Shown: in pieces, positions 13,119 through 27,671 of the stretch | Position numbering within the stretch: the stretch's first letter is position 1 | Layout of the letters: every line of letters starts with the position of its first letter | Assembly: GCA_964016885.1 (NCBI GenBank) | Contig: OZ024741.1 | Span: 306,094,001 to 306,158,000, forward strand | DNA length: 64,000 nucleotides | Source: Eledone cirrhosa | Taxonomy: Eukaryota | Reading direction: 5' to 3' | Program-made: the position numbers and the translations under genes | Notes under the pieces: generated by a model | Databases searched by the model: none | What the model was told of the DNA's origin: nothing | Seen by the model: only the letters and a program-made list of their open reading frames with translations

Positions 13119-13984
13119 TTAAGCAACTAAATTCGACCATTCAGTGCACATTTCTTTGAATTTTTCATCAGCACATATTCACCAAACATTCTAATATTTT
13201 GCTTATACATTTTAATACAAAAGAGAAGTGTGATAGTGTAACATATATATACAAATTGTTCAGAAGTGACAAAATGTCTGTGAGTACATTATACTGAAAT
13301 TACCCCTGTAAAAGAATACTGTATGTTGATATATTTTTGGTCCTCCACTAACTTGAATGTGGATCCACAAATTAATAGTATACTTTTCTCAATAACTGTC
13401 TTACAACAGACAGGCTGGTATGAATAGATGAACATATGTTCTTACCCCCTGGACCAATCAGCTAGCATGTCAGCCATTCATCTGCCTAGATACACTAGTC
13501 TCGACAGATGTGCCTACGTCATCACCTTTCAGACCAATCGGTTAGTGTGCCAATGTTATCACTATTCAGACAATTCAGTTTGAGTATCGACATTATCACC
13601 TTTAAAACCAATTAACTAATATGCCAGCACACCATGCTTTGTAGCATATAGTTATGTCCCTTTATGTTCTGAGTTCAAATCCGAAGTTAGCTTTGCCTTT
13701 CATCCTTATGGGGTCGATAAAATAATGCACTGGGTCCATTATATCGACTTTCCCTTCCCCTAAAATTGCTGGCCTTGTGCCTAAGTCAAAAACCATTATC
13801 ACCTTTCAGACCAATCAGCTAAGCCCCCCTGTCTCATGGAGCTTCTTCCTCTGATGGGATGCACTCCTCCCGATTTTGTGGAGGAAAACAGCAATTCAGT
13901 TACTGAAAACACGAGATACTTGCACAAAAAGGAAGCGTTTGGTCAAATCCCAGCTAAGGGATTCTACTTCAATTCTAGTGTATC

Positions 13985-14372
13985 AACACCTTCCACTCCA
14001 ATCAATTTGTGTACCAACATTATCACCTTCCACTCCAATCAACTTGTATACCAACATTATCACCTTCCACTCCAATCAACTTGTATACCAACATTATCAC
14101 CTTCCACTCCAATCAACTTTTGTACCAACATTATCTTCTTCCACTCCAATCAACTTTTGTACCAACATTATCTTCTTCCACTCCAATCAATTTTTGTACC
14201 AACATTATCACCTTCTACTCCAACTAACCAGTATACCAACATTATCACCTTCCACTCCAATCAACTTGTATACCAACATTATCACCTACGCCAATTAACC
14301 AGTATACCAACATTATCACCTTCCACTCCAATCAACTTGTATACCAACATTATCACCTTCTACGCCAATCAG
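13985..14372. repeat. 37-bp minisatellite
   Basis: Unit accaacattatcaccttccactccaatcaacttgtat, about 10 copies. Confidence 0.9.
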
Positions 14373-15434
14373 CTAGTTTCCATATGTACTCTTGGGACCC
14401 AAATAATAGAGAGGGGCTGAAATAAGAAGGGGTTGGTGGACATTTGCTTAAATTCTTATAAGAGGGTGATAAACAGGGGGGGGGGGGTCAGTAATTGTAT
14501 AGTGTATGTTAGAAAATATGGGATTTCTTGTAAAATAAAATAATTATTAGATTCTCCAGCTGATGTATCGATATGAATCACTTACAATAAAATTTCGCTG
14601 AAGATAGATTAGCAAAATTTAATATGTGGGGGATGAGTTGGAACAAAAGCAGGGCGTTGGAAAAAAATCTTAAAAATTAATAAGCAGGGTTGGGGTGGGG
14701 GCGATTATTCAAGATCTGAGAGGAATCACCATTGGAATCAATCAGCAAATTAGACCATGGCTATATTAATTAATGTCCCTCTAGAGAAGATCATAGAGGA
14801 ACTTACCAACTAGAGTTATTAGCACTGATCGTTGGGATGCAGCTCAGCTGAGAGAGACTAGGCCAGATAACACAGCCTTTAGTCACAGGACAAGCAGTGC
14901 TGGATTTAGGACAAATGAGGTCCTGTGCTAGTTAAGTTATGAGGTCCATTACTTGGGCCCTGAAGGGGGTAAAAACATTTTTTGGGAGGAAGATGCCCCC
15001 ACCCTGGACCAACTGGAGGTGGGGGGGGGGGTGCTTAATCACAATGGTAAATCCAGCATTGAGTTCAAGGTTCTAGTGTACCAGTTGAGTCTCCCTCATT
15101 CTACTTGACCTTGACCAGAAAACTGATTTGGCTGGTGAGTGTTAGTGTGGATGATAATTGAGAAGAGATAGGGAACTGAGAAATGAGTGCAATAACACTG
15201 AGTGAATCATTTCGACCGGGCCAGGAAGGGGTGGTAGCAAGCTTAGTGTCGGTAGTGAAATTTGGTACAGAGATAGGTAGTGGAGGAGTACAATGGTGGA
15301 GAGAGGGATGACTTAACTAGTAGCTGGGTAGGTGGAGGAGAGTTATCGTTAATTTAAACACGTTCTGAGGAAGAAAGACACAGCTCTGTTGTAATAACTT
15401 ACACGGCAGGAAACACATGTGATGAAAATGAACG

Positions 15435-16190
15435 GCAGTGTCAGTGGCAGAGAGGTGAAGAGGAATGGTGGAGGAGTCGGTGGTGGAGCTGATGGAGAAG
15501 TGACAGGGGAACTGTGGTGGTGGTGGTGGTGATGGTGTGGATAGTGTCAGTGGGGATGGTGGTAGAGTCGGTGGTGTAGCTGATGGAGAAGTGACAGGGG
15601 AACTGTGGTTGTGGTGGTAGTGATGGTGTGGATAGTTTTAGTGGGGGTGGTGGTAGAGTCGGTGGTATCGGTGGTGGAGAGGTGAAGAGGAACCGTGGTG
15701 GTGGTGGTGGTGGGGTATGGATAGTGTCAGTGTGTGTGTGTGGGGGGGGGGGGGTAGAGTCGGTGGTGTCGGTGGTAGAGAAGTGAGCGAAACTGTGGTT
15801 GTGGTGGTAGTGATGGTGTGGATAGTGTCAGTGGGGGTGGTGGTAGAGTCGGTGGTGGTGGTGGTGGTAGAGTCGGTGGTGGTGATGGTGTGGATAGTGT
15901 CAGTGGGGGTGGTGGTAGAGTCGGTGGTATCGGTGGTGGAGAAGTGAAGAGGAACCGTGGTGGTGGTGGTGGGGTATGGATAGTGTCAGTGGTGGTGGTG
16001 GTGGTGGTGGTGGTGGTGTCGGTGGTAGAGAAGTGAAGGGGAACCGTGGTGGTGGTGGTGGTATGGATAGTGTCAGTGGGGTGGGGGTGGTGGTGTCGGT
16101 GGTAGAGAAGTGAAGGGGGACCGTGGTGGTGGTCGTGGTGGTGGTGGTATGGATAGTGTCAGTGTAGCTGGTGGTAGAGAAGTGAATAGG
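15435..16190. repeat. G-rich ~90-bp minisatellite with (GGT)n
   Basis: Recurrent tggatagtgtcagtggggg...gtcggtgg...agaagtga units. Confidence 0.85.
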
Positions 16191-16463
16191 AACAGAACGT
16201 AGCCTGGTTGATGAGGTCGATCAACCAACGTGGTAGGTATATGTAGGTTAGTGGGTAGGTAATTAGTTATGTAGGTGGCTAGCTGGAGAGGAGGCGGGTG
16301 GATAACAGGAGTAGAAGTAGGTAAAGTAAAGCACGATGTTGTGTAGTTGGGTGGTTGAATAACACAGATGTGAAGAATGTTTGAAGACAGACACACAGAG
16401 ACGAAATAACAAAATAAATTAGAATTAGACATGAGATGAAATATAAAGGGAACACAAAATCTG

Positions 16464-16506
<43 letters not shown>

Positions 16507-16699
16507 AGAGAGAGAGAGATTGGGGGGGGGGGGAGAAGGAGAAGAGATAGAGAGAAGTGGAAAAAGAGATAGCGGTGGGGAGTAACTATTTACAAACCTC
16601 CTCCAGCTTACTTTTATTACAGAAAATAAACAGACATACATTATACGTACATCCTAAAAGATCAAATCTCTGTCTGTCTTTCTCTCTCATATATATATA

Positions 16700-16744
<45 letters not shown>

Positions 16745-16748
<4 letters not shown>

Positions 16749-16838
16749 GGGGGTCAAATTCCCGAGATCCATGGACGAGTTCTCTCCAGCGATCTCTGTC
16801 CCTCATTATCGCTGCCATGTCCTGCGTCTCAAACAGTG

Positions 16839-16840
<2 letters not shown>
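16745..16840 (-). mobile_element. ~95-bp 3' fragment of an RTE-like LINE within TA repeat
   Basis: Minus strand reads ETQDMAAIMRDRDRWRELVHG, resembling RTE ORF C-termini. Confidence 0.5.
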
Positions 16841-16897
<57 letters not shown>

Positions 16898-17115
16898 AAC
16901 TCTATTGTCTATAGTTAGTATTCTTTTCACTTTAGCGAATCTGGTCTCTTGCGATTTGAACACATATATGTATATATCTGTGTTTGTTTTTCTTTTATAT
17001 TCAATTGTAATACACGGCTCGGAAAAATCTCTTTCTTAGAGCTATTTTATTGTAAGAGACTATTTTGAGTTTCTAACTCAATATAAACCTTTGATATATA
17101 TATATATATATATAT

Positions 17116-17961
17116 TGTTATACTTGGGGAGGGTCATGTTGCCAATAAGAAACACACACACCAGTTGCTTTCACTTCAATTTATTATAAATTAAATTTAT
17201 CAATTTAGGAATTTATAAATTTCCGGTTGGTTGGTTAGTTCCACAACCAGATGATTGTTCATATATTGTCAAAGTTCTTTCGTCACACATTCGGTGACCT
17301 CTTCAGTGACTGGGGATTCTTTTCTTTGTTTTTGTGCCTCTCCTTTGTTCTGTCCTACGCCATCTTGTTTGTGTGTGTGTTGTGTGCTTAGTTTGCGCAT
17401 ATGTTACATCCGGGTGTCTGTGTGTGTTTATATTTGTTTATTTATTTGTTTATTTACATGTTACTGGTTGGTTGGTTGTTTTATGTGTGTGTGTGTGTTT
17501 TCATTTTGTCCTTAATTGTAAGTTGTGATGTTGCTGTTCCATTCATGTTTTCTATTTAATTTTGGTTGGAGTTCATTTATGTTTATTGCCTCTGTGATTT
17601 GTCTAAACATTGCGTCTTTTCTGTGTGTAGATTCTATTTTTATTTCTATGTTCTCTAATTTACCCTTATGTTCTATTTTAGCATGTTGGTGGAGTACAGG
17701 TGATTCTTTACTATCTTGAAGCTCTCGCCAGTGTTCATTTATCCGTTCCCCTATACTACGGCTGTCTCACCTATGTACACTATATTCTTATCTCTACATT
17801 GTCCTTCAGTACATCTTATGCTATATACTACATTTTTAGTTTTACAGTTAATATGGGAGCTTAATTTAAAGATTATACATTCCTTATCTATACAGGGAGG
17901 TCTTTGAAAAGGGTATGTATTGCTAATAAGTGTTTTTATGGAGGTACCTGGTCTTTCTACT
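17116..17961 (-). mobile_element. 5'-truncated Penelope-like element family A (GIY-YIG end + pLTR)
   Basis: Homologous to 27166-28120; hammerhead motif at 17268-17311. Confidence 0.85.
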
Positions 17962-18272
17962 AGAAACGAAATATATATATATATATATTGACTATATATA
18001 TATATATATATTGATTATATATATATTGACTATATATATATTGACTATATATATATATATATATATCAGTCTAAATCTTTTCCTGAGTCCTGTATTTTCG
18101 TTGCTCTGGTGGTGCGGGTGGACTGCCGATCGCTATATTTGATTTGCTAAGATGTCTAAACGTATTGTTATTACTCTGGGGTACTTTTCCCCATCCGAGT
18201 GCTAAAGCTACATACCGAATTTGCATTCGTTAGCTTGGCCGCGAAATAAAGCTTCGTTAATGCTGTACTAAA

Positions 18273-18324
<52 letters not shown>

Positions 18325-18462
18325 TATATATATTTTCCTGTTACTATAGATATATATTTTTATATATATATAATATTTATGTATTTTCTTATATATATAA
18401 ATAAATATATATATATAAATAAATATATATATATAAATAAATATGTATATATATATATAAAT

Positions 18463-18493
<31 letters not shown>

Positions 18494-18502
18494 AATAAAT
18501 AA

Positions 18503-18543
<41 letters not shown>

Positions 18544-18644
18544 TATATATATATATATAAATAAATAAATATGTATATATATATATATAAATATATATAT
18601 ATAAATAAATATGTATATATATATATATAAATATATATATATAA

Positions 18645-19236
18645 ATTCCAAACCTGGAAGCATGGCCTAGAATCAAAAGGCCTTAAAGTTAACTTGTCTA
18701 AGACTAAAGTTCTAGTTTGTAGGAAGGAAAATAGGGCACCGGTCCCATCTGGGAAATGGCCATGCTCAGTGTGTAGGAAAGGAGTAGGCAGAAACTCCAT
18801 TTTATGTCCCAAATGCAAAGTATGGGTGCATACAATATGTAGTGGGATCACAGGTAAGCTAACTAAGAATATAGATTTTATATGCGGCCGGTGCTCTGGT
18901 GCAAGTAGCAGCAAGTGCACACATAATACTAGCTCATTCCATTGCACAGATGGTTCTATAGATATAGTGGACACCTTCCGTTACCTGGGTGACAAAATCA
19001 GCAGTGGGGGAGGGTGCTCTGAAAGTACAGTAGCTAGAGTCAGAACGGGATGGAAAAAGTTCAAAGAGCTTATACCACTATTGGCCGCTAAAGGGTTCTC
19101 TCTAAAAATGAAAGGCAGGCTGTATGATGCCTGCATGCGAACAGCAATGTTACATGGCAGTGAGACCTGGGCATTGTGTGCAGAGGATATACGCATACTG
19201 GAGAGAAACGAAGTTTGCATGCTCCGCTGGATGTGT
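18645..19236 (+). mobile_element. RTE-clade LINE fragment (RT C-terminal part with Cys-rich insert)
   Basis: ORF 18694-19323: KTKVL...WPCSVC...FRYLG...LHGSETW. Confidence 0.85.
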
Positions 19237-19339
19237 AATAATAATTGTTTCTACTTTAGGCACAAGGCCAGCAATTACCCAGTACATTACTGGTACTTTA
19301 TTTTATCGACCCCGTTAGGATGAAATGCAAAGGTAATAA

Positions 19340-19940
19340 TAATATACGTGAACGGCAAAGCATAAACGAACTAAGTTCTTTTATTCACTTATTTGTTTAT
19401 TTATTTATTTATGTATTTCTTTAGCCTAGCCATAGCGAGAGACTTAAGTCTTAGTAACCAGATTTTGCTTATATTTTTTTTCTCGCTCAGTACCTTTTAC
19501 AGTTTTACCTTTCATTGTTCTACTTACCGTTTCGACCTCCTCCCCCTGCCCCTCCCCCGTAACCTCTTTGACCTCACACCCAGCTGTAGCTGGCACTACC
19601 AACGCATGAATGGGTCTACTCCACCCCCTCTCCCCTTTTCTCCTACTGGCAGGTTTAGCTACCCCTTCCCCCACCAACTTGCCATCACAGATTTACTACT
19701 AACTTGTGATGTGACCAATCCTGGTGATTATCTCTTTGACCATATATGGAATTACCCCTTGATAAGTTCGGCTATTTAAATACCAGAATTAATTTTTCAT
19801 TCAGTACAGAATTAGCCGTCGAAACGGCTTGAGCTCAGCCGTCGGGGTCTTACTTGTTCCTATTACCCACTCTACTACCCTAAGTACTGAGTACTTTGGT
19901 GCGTTATGGTCCACCTGGTTCCTTACCACATTTCCTTCGT

Positions 19941-19941
<1 letters not shown>
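19340..19941 (+). mobile_element. Non-coding 3' terminus of hammerhead-bearing element family C
   Basis: Same 3' end (...ccttaccacatttccttcgtt + TA) as 26791-26938 and 49112-49250. Confidence 0.65.
19754..19848 (+). ncRNA. Type I hammerhead ribozyme with mutated core (family C)
   Basis: Stem I acccc/ggggt; core ttgataa (two changes from CUGAUGA); long stem II cggcta...tagccg; GAAA; stem III cggct..gagctc..agccg; GUC. Confidence 0.65.
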
Positions 19942-21426
<1,485 letters not shown>

Positions 21427-22101
21427 TTTTTTTTTCTTGACTACCATACAGAGCATTTTGGTTTAACTTAAGCAGATCTTGTATTAATTTTGATTTTTCT
21501 GAGTAACATAATTTAATTTGATATAATCTTGTTTGATTTGGTATAATCTTTTCTGTATTTGACCCGATTTCGTTGTTTCTTGTATGATATGCTGATATTA
21601 CAATAACTTCGTATATTTGTAAACAAACATTTACATTCAGCTTATATATACAACTTACATCGTGTTTCTATATCTCTATGTTTCCGGTTTCTTCTATTCA
21701 TTAATTTAAATTTAAAAATTTATTTTTATATTTATGAACTGCTGTTGCTCACTCTGTCTCTATCTCTCTCCTTTCCTTCCTCTCTCTCTCTCTCTCCCTC
21801 TCTCTCTCTCCCTCTCTCTCTCTCTCGATCAACGAGCTCTCTTTCTTCCTCTCTCTAGATCAACGATATCTCTCTCTCTCTCTCTCTATCTCCTCTCTCT
21901 CCCTCTGACCTTCCCCCCCACTCTTCCCGCTATCTCTCTCGCTCCCCTCTTCTGTCTCCCCCTTTTCTTTTCTTTTCTTTTCTTCTGTTTCTCTTTCTTT
22001 TTCTCGCTGGAGTTATATCTCTATCTCCCTCCCCCACTCTGTCCCTCTCTAACCTCTACCCTACACTTCCCACTGTCTCTCTTTCTCCCCTCCACAGCGA
22101 A

Positions 22102-23026
22102 ATGGACTGCATGCAGGAAAAATGTGAAATCAGGAGTCAGCGAAACTGGTCAAAGATGGAACTAGCGGTTTTGATCAAGGGGTGGACCATGGCTGATGGG
22201 TCCCCACCAAGCAAAAAGATGGCGGAGAACCTGAAGAGCCATGGGTTTCTGAGGACCCTGGCACAGATAGAGAGAAAGAGAAAAGAAATTGAGAAGGCGT
22301 ATGTCCTCATAGCGCCTCATATGGCGATGCTAAGCCGTGTCCTCAGGGAGGGATGAGGAGAAGGAGAGGGAAGAGGAAAAAGAAAAAGAAAAGGAGGAGA
22401 GCACAAGCACGGACCTGAAAGAAAATGATATACCCTCCGCCACAGGCAAGGAGGGCAGGCAGGGCAACCAACAAGCTAAGGGCAAAGGTGAAAAGCGAAA
22501 TCACCCTCCGAAGGAGAACCAAGCGCAGAGGGACCAGTGGACAACTGTTCAAAGAAAGAACAGAAAGCACCGAGACACTGGGAGCAAAAAACCCCAAGTA
22601 ATGTGCAAGTTTTTCAAGAACGGGACATGCTGGCATGGAGAGACAGGGATGGGATGCAGATTCGCCCACCCTAGGTCTCAAACGAACTATGCCCATCATA
22701 CTCGCGCAACATGCCCCAGCCAAAGCCGAAATAAGCCGCTCCAGAAGTATGCTGATGTCGCGCGTGCTGCACCAACAAGGAGAAGGCACGCACATGCCGA
22801 CGAGATACAGATGGCAGCAGCAGATCAGAAAAAATTTTTAGTGATGGCAGAGAAGATTGTGGGACAGCTGACCTGGCTGCATCGTCTCCAGAGCCAGGGT
22901 CATCCACACCAGCACTCGAGACCACCGCTGTTAAGGGACCCAGAGTGGCCGCCGCTGACACCAGACCAGGTGTCATACCGACAGCCATTACTGGCACCCC
23001 AAAAGTCACACCAGTGCTGCTGCTGA
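22102..23026 (+). pseudogene. LINE ORF1 with CCCH zinc finger, apparent frameshift at ~22350
   Basis: ORFs 22102-22356 and 22337-23026; CKFFKNGTCWHGETGMGCRFAH (C-x7-C-x8-C-x3-H). Confidence 0.7.
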
Positions 23027-25969
23027 ATGTCAGGGGCCTGGTGAAATTCAGCAACATGAGTAAAATTTCCTACCTGGGAGACTTAGCCATAAGCAATCAA
23101 TCACTATGCATGGCACTAACCGAAACGCACCTGACAAGCAGTATAGCAGATGCAGAAATACATATACCGAAATATACTGTATTTCGTTCGGACAGGAAGG
23201 AGAGAACTCATGGTGGGGTTGCTCTGTATATCCGTGAAGATGTCACACCAATTGTACTGTTGACACATTCAAACTCAGTCTGTGACACACTGATAATACA
23301 TATGAAGCAACTACAGACGGTAATATGTGTCACATATCGGCCGCCCGATGCCCCCAGTCATGAGGGTAAATTTGAGGATAGCCTAAGTAGGATAGAAGAG
23401 GTCCTTGACAAACTGGACCAGGGTCTCAACATCCTACTGCTGGGAGACTTCAACCTACCAAAGGTCAAATGGCCTGAGGGCCACCTCCTCCCTGGAATGA
23501 CGTCAATAGAACAGAGACAGACGGAATCCCTGCTGGCCCTTGGAGCAAGCAATACTCCTCCCAACAAGAGGCGAAAATGTCCTGGACCTCTGTTTTACAA
23601 ACAACGAAGTGTTAATCCACAATGTAAAGGTGACACCAACAATTCTGTCGGATCATAACTTAGTAGAGCTAATGATATGTGGTCCAAGAGAACCAACAGA
23701 GACAAAACCACCAAGAAGCTCCGGGACGCTATCCAACCTTAACTTCTACAAGGCTAACTGGAAAAAGATTAAGAGTGAAATCCGGAAGCAAACATGGAGT
23801 GAAAACATCGCCACACAAGACACTAACACACAATTTCAACACTTCATGACAACGATACACACCATATGCAAAAAGTTTGTCCCGGAGAAAGAGGCAAACA
23901 GACACAAAAATCTTATTCCCAGAGATAGGAAAATCCTTATGAGACGTAGAACTAAACTCTCAAACCAGTTGAATAGTCAACAAAACCCAAACAAGAAGGA
24001 ATCCTATTTGAAACGTGCACTACTTGACACCGAGATTGCACTCAAACTTTCAGATGAGAATGAGAGGGCAAAGAAAGAGAACAGGGCCATAGAAAACATT
24101 AAAACAAACCCTAAGGCCTTCTTTAAATTTGCAAAAGAAACTGCCTCAGTACACTGCAAGATTGGACCACTCTTCCACACGGACGGTTCATTAACCGAAA
24201 ATCCCCAAGAGATATGTGAAATACTGAACGAACAGTACAAAAGTGTCTTCACATGTCCACTGAGGCACATGCAAATAACGAAGCCAGAGGAGTTCTTTGA
24301 TGCCACAACACTACATCAAGAAATGGCAACCATCAACCACATAGACATAACGGAGGAGGATGTGGTGTACGCCATTGATGAAATTAGAACAGACTCGGCT
24401 GCTGGACCTGATGGATTCCCAGCAGTTCTCCTAAAAATATGTAAGAGGGCCTTAGCAACTCCACTGAAGATGCTCTTCAGAAGCTCCTTGGCTAGCGGTG
24501 TACTACCCAGGGAGCTGAAAGAAGGCACAATATGCCCTATCCATAAAGGAGGTAGTAGAGCGGAGGCCAAGAACTATAGGCCAGTCTCCCTGACGTCGCA
24601 TATCAGTAAGGTCATGGAGCGAGTCATCAGAAAGAAACTAATCACTTTCCTCGAAGAAAATGACCGCCTGACTAGCACGCAACATGGCTTCCGCCCAGGA
24701 AGAAGCTGCCTTACACAGCTGCTACATCACTACGACTGGGTACTGAGACAACTACTAGACAGCTCACATGTAGACGTGATATATCTTGACTTTGCGAAGG
24801 CCTTTGACAAGGTCGACCACGGAATGATATGTCACAAACTACACGGACTCGGCATAACTGGAAAAGTAGGTGAGTGGCTGCATGGCTTCCTAAGGGACAG
24901 AAGCCAGGCAGTCGCAGCAAATGGGGCCCTCTCGAGGGAAACACCGATAACAAGTGGGGTGCCTCAGGGGACAGTCCTGGGACCACTACTGTTTTTGGTG
25001 GCTCTCTCGGACATGCCCTCTGTGGTGCATGCAACAACATCCCTCACTAGCTATGCTGATGACACTAAGGTAGCACAGGCAATCAAAAACCCGGCTGACG
25101 CTGCCCTCTTACAGCAGGATCTGGATGCCATATACAGATGGGCGGAAGAAAACAACATGCAGTTTAATGCTGGCAAATTCCAAGCCCTACAATACAAACC
25201 TGCAAACACAAACACAAATATAGCGGAACACAGCTACACAGGACCAGGAGGGACCGATATCCCCGTGTCAAAATCGATACGAGACCTGGGCATAGACATG
25301 AGCGATGATGCATCTTTTTCTTCACACATCATGAAGGTGGCGACAGCATGTAGACGATTCGCTGGCTGGATCTTGAGGACTTTCCTTACAAGAGATCGAG
25401 ACACCATGTTGACACTGTGGAGGACTTTTGTCCTAAGCCGCCTGGACTACTGCTCCCAGCTGTGGTCACCCCATAGTGTCAAACTAACCACGGAGCTTGA
25501 GGCAATCCAGCGAAGCTACACCAAGAGGATTGCCAAGATGAGGGAGACAAGCTACTGGGAGAGGCTGAAGGAACTGAACCTCTACTCCTTGGAGCGAAGA
25601 CGGGAGAGATACGCAGTGATCTACATGTGGAAAATCCTGGAGGGACTAGCACCAAACTTTGGCATTGGGAGCTGGACCAACCGTCGAACAGGACGTCACT
25701 GTGTGGTGCCAAAGGTCCCGTCTTCCACATCTAGAATAAGGAGCAGGTATTGCAATAGCCTGGGATTCAAGGGCCCTCAACTCTTCAACAGGCTGCCGAG
25801 GCATCTGCGAGACTTGCATGACGTGGAGGTGGATGTCTTTAAGAAACATCTCGACACCTTGTTATCCAGGATCCCGGATGAGCCCACAGCAAGACACGAG
25901 GGAAACCTAAGGGCAGCAGCAACAAACTCCCTCCTACACCAGTGGCCAACCTATACAGGCTGGAGATAA
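22945..25969 (+). pseudogene. LINE ORF2 (AP endonuclease + reverse transcriptase), frameshift at ~23540
   Basis: LNVRGL, LTETHL, GDFNLP, SDH (APE); NYRPVSL, QHGF, YLDFAKAFD, GVPQG, YADD (RT). Confidence 0.93.
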
Positions 25970-26050
25970 AATGTGTAGCAACAAGGGCGGTGCCCCAGCA
26001 TGGCCTCAGCCGGATGGCTGAAACAGGTAAAAGAGTAAAAGAGTAAAAGA

Positions 26051-26120
<70 letters not shown>

Positions 26121-26291
26121 TTATATATATATTTATATATATATTTATATATATATTTATATATTTATATATATATTTATATATATATTTATATATATAT
26201 ATATATTTATATATATATTTATATATATATTTATATATATATATATTTATATATTTATATATTTATTTATATATATATTTATATATATATT

Positions 26292-26324
<33 letters not shown>

Positions 26325-26349
26325 TTATATATATATTTATATATATATT

Positions 26350-26410
<61 letters not shown>

Positions 26411-26479
26411 TTATATATATATTTATATATATATTTATATATATATTTATATATATATTTATATATATATTTATATATA

Positions 26480-26529
<50 letters not shown>

Positions 26530-26569
26530 TATATATATATATATTTATATATATATTTATATATATATT

Positions 26570-26634
<65 letters not shown>

Positions 26635-26661
26635 TTATATATATATATATATTTATATATA

Positions 26662-26712
<51 letters not shown>

Positions 26713-26747
26713 TTATATATATTTATATTATATTTATATATATATTT

Positions 26748-26790
<43 letters not shown>

Positions 26791-26793
<3 letters not shown>

Positions 26794-26936
26794 AACCAGT
26801 AAGACCCCGACAGCTGAGCTAGCTGAGGAGCTCAGCTGTCGGGGTCTTACTGGTTCCTATTACCCACTCTACTACCTCAAGTATTGAGTACTTTGGTGCG
26901 TTATGGTCCACCTGGTTCCTTACCACATTTCCTTCG

Positions 26937-26938
<2 letters not shown>
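26791..26938 (+). mobile_element. Family C terminus with 5' fold-back
   Basis: Perfect 30-bp inverted repeat 26791-26820/26829-26858. Confidence 0.75.
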
Positions 26939-27032
<94 letters not shown>

Positions 27033-27057
27033 ATATATTTATAAATATATATATATA

Positions 27058-27095
<38 letters not shown>

Positions 27096-27111
27096 TATAA
27101 ATATATATATA

Positions 27112-27170
<59 letters not shown>

Positions 27171-27321
27171 ATACTTTGGGAGGGTCATGTTGCCAATAAG
27201 AAACACACGCACCAGTTGCTTTCACTTCAATTTAATTTATTATATATTTATAAATTTACAAATTTATAAATTTCTGGTTGGTTGGTTGGTTCCACAACCA
27301 GATAGTTGTTTATATATATAT

Positions 27322-27366
27322 AGTCATAGTTCTTTCGTCACACACTCTGTGACCTCTTCAGTGACT
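27322..27366 (-). ncRNA. Minimal type I hammerhead ribozyme (PLE-A pLTR)
   Basis: agtca CUGAAGA g gtcaca-gagtg-tgtgac GAAA gaac UA tgact. Confidence 0.8.
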
Positions 27367-27671
27367 GGGGATTTCTTTCTTCGTTCCTGTGCCTTTCCTT
27401 TCTTCTATCCTACGCCATTTTGTTTGTGTGTGGGTTGCGTGCTCCGTTTGCGCATGCGCCACATCCGGGTGTCTGTGTGTGTTTGTGTTCATTTTTCTAT
27501 TTTTCTATTTATATTTTTCTATTTGTTTGTTTATTTATTTATTTATTGTTGGTTGGTTGTTTGTTCTATGTGTGTGTGTGTTTTCATTTTGTCTTGTGTG
27601 TGTTTTCATTTTGTGTGTGTTTTCAATTGTAAGTTGTTTGTTCTATGTGTGTGTGTGTTTTCATTTTGTCC

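Larger units (their letters stand above)
21427..26052 (+). mobile_element. Near full-length APE-type LINE (CR1/L2-like group, clade unresolved) in TA array
   Basis: Pyrimidine-rich 5' region, ORF1, APE-RT ORF2, 3' stem-loop tcagcc-ggat-ggctga and (AAAAGAGT)n tail; TA on both sides; the 5' boundary is uncertain. Confidence 0.9.

Noticed and set aside
13985-14372. 37-bp repeats as a CRISPR array or repeat protein (ORF 13836-14420)
   Set aside because: There are no unique spacers, the context is eukaryotic, and the repeat is open in several frames by composition.
14800-15450. Minus-strand GTAAGT donors (~14806, ~15400) as 5' exons of the host gene
   Set aside because: No convincing acceptor or start plus open phase-compatible frame; cannot be supported without RNA data.
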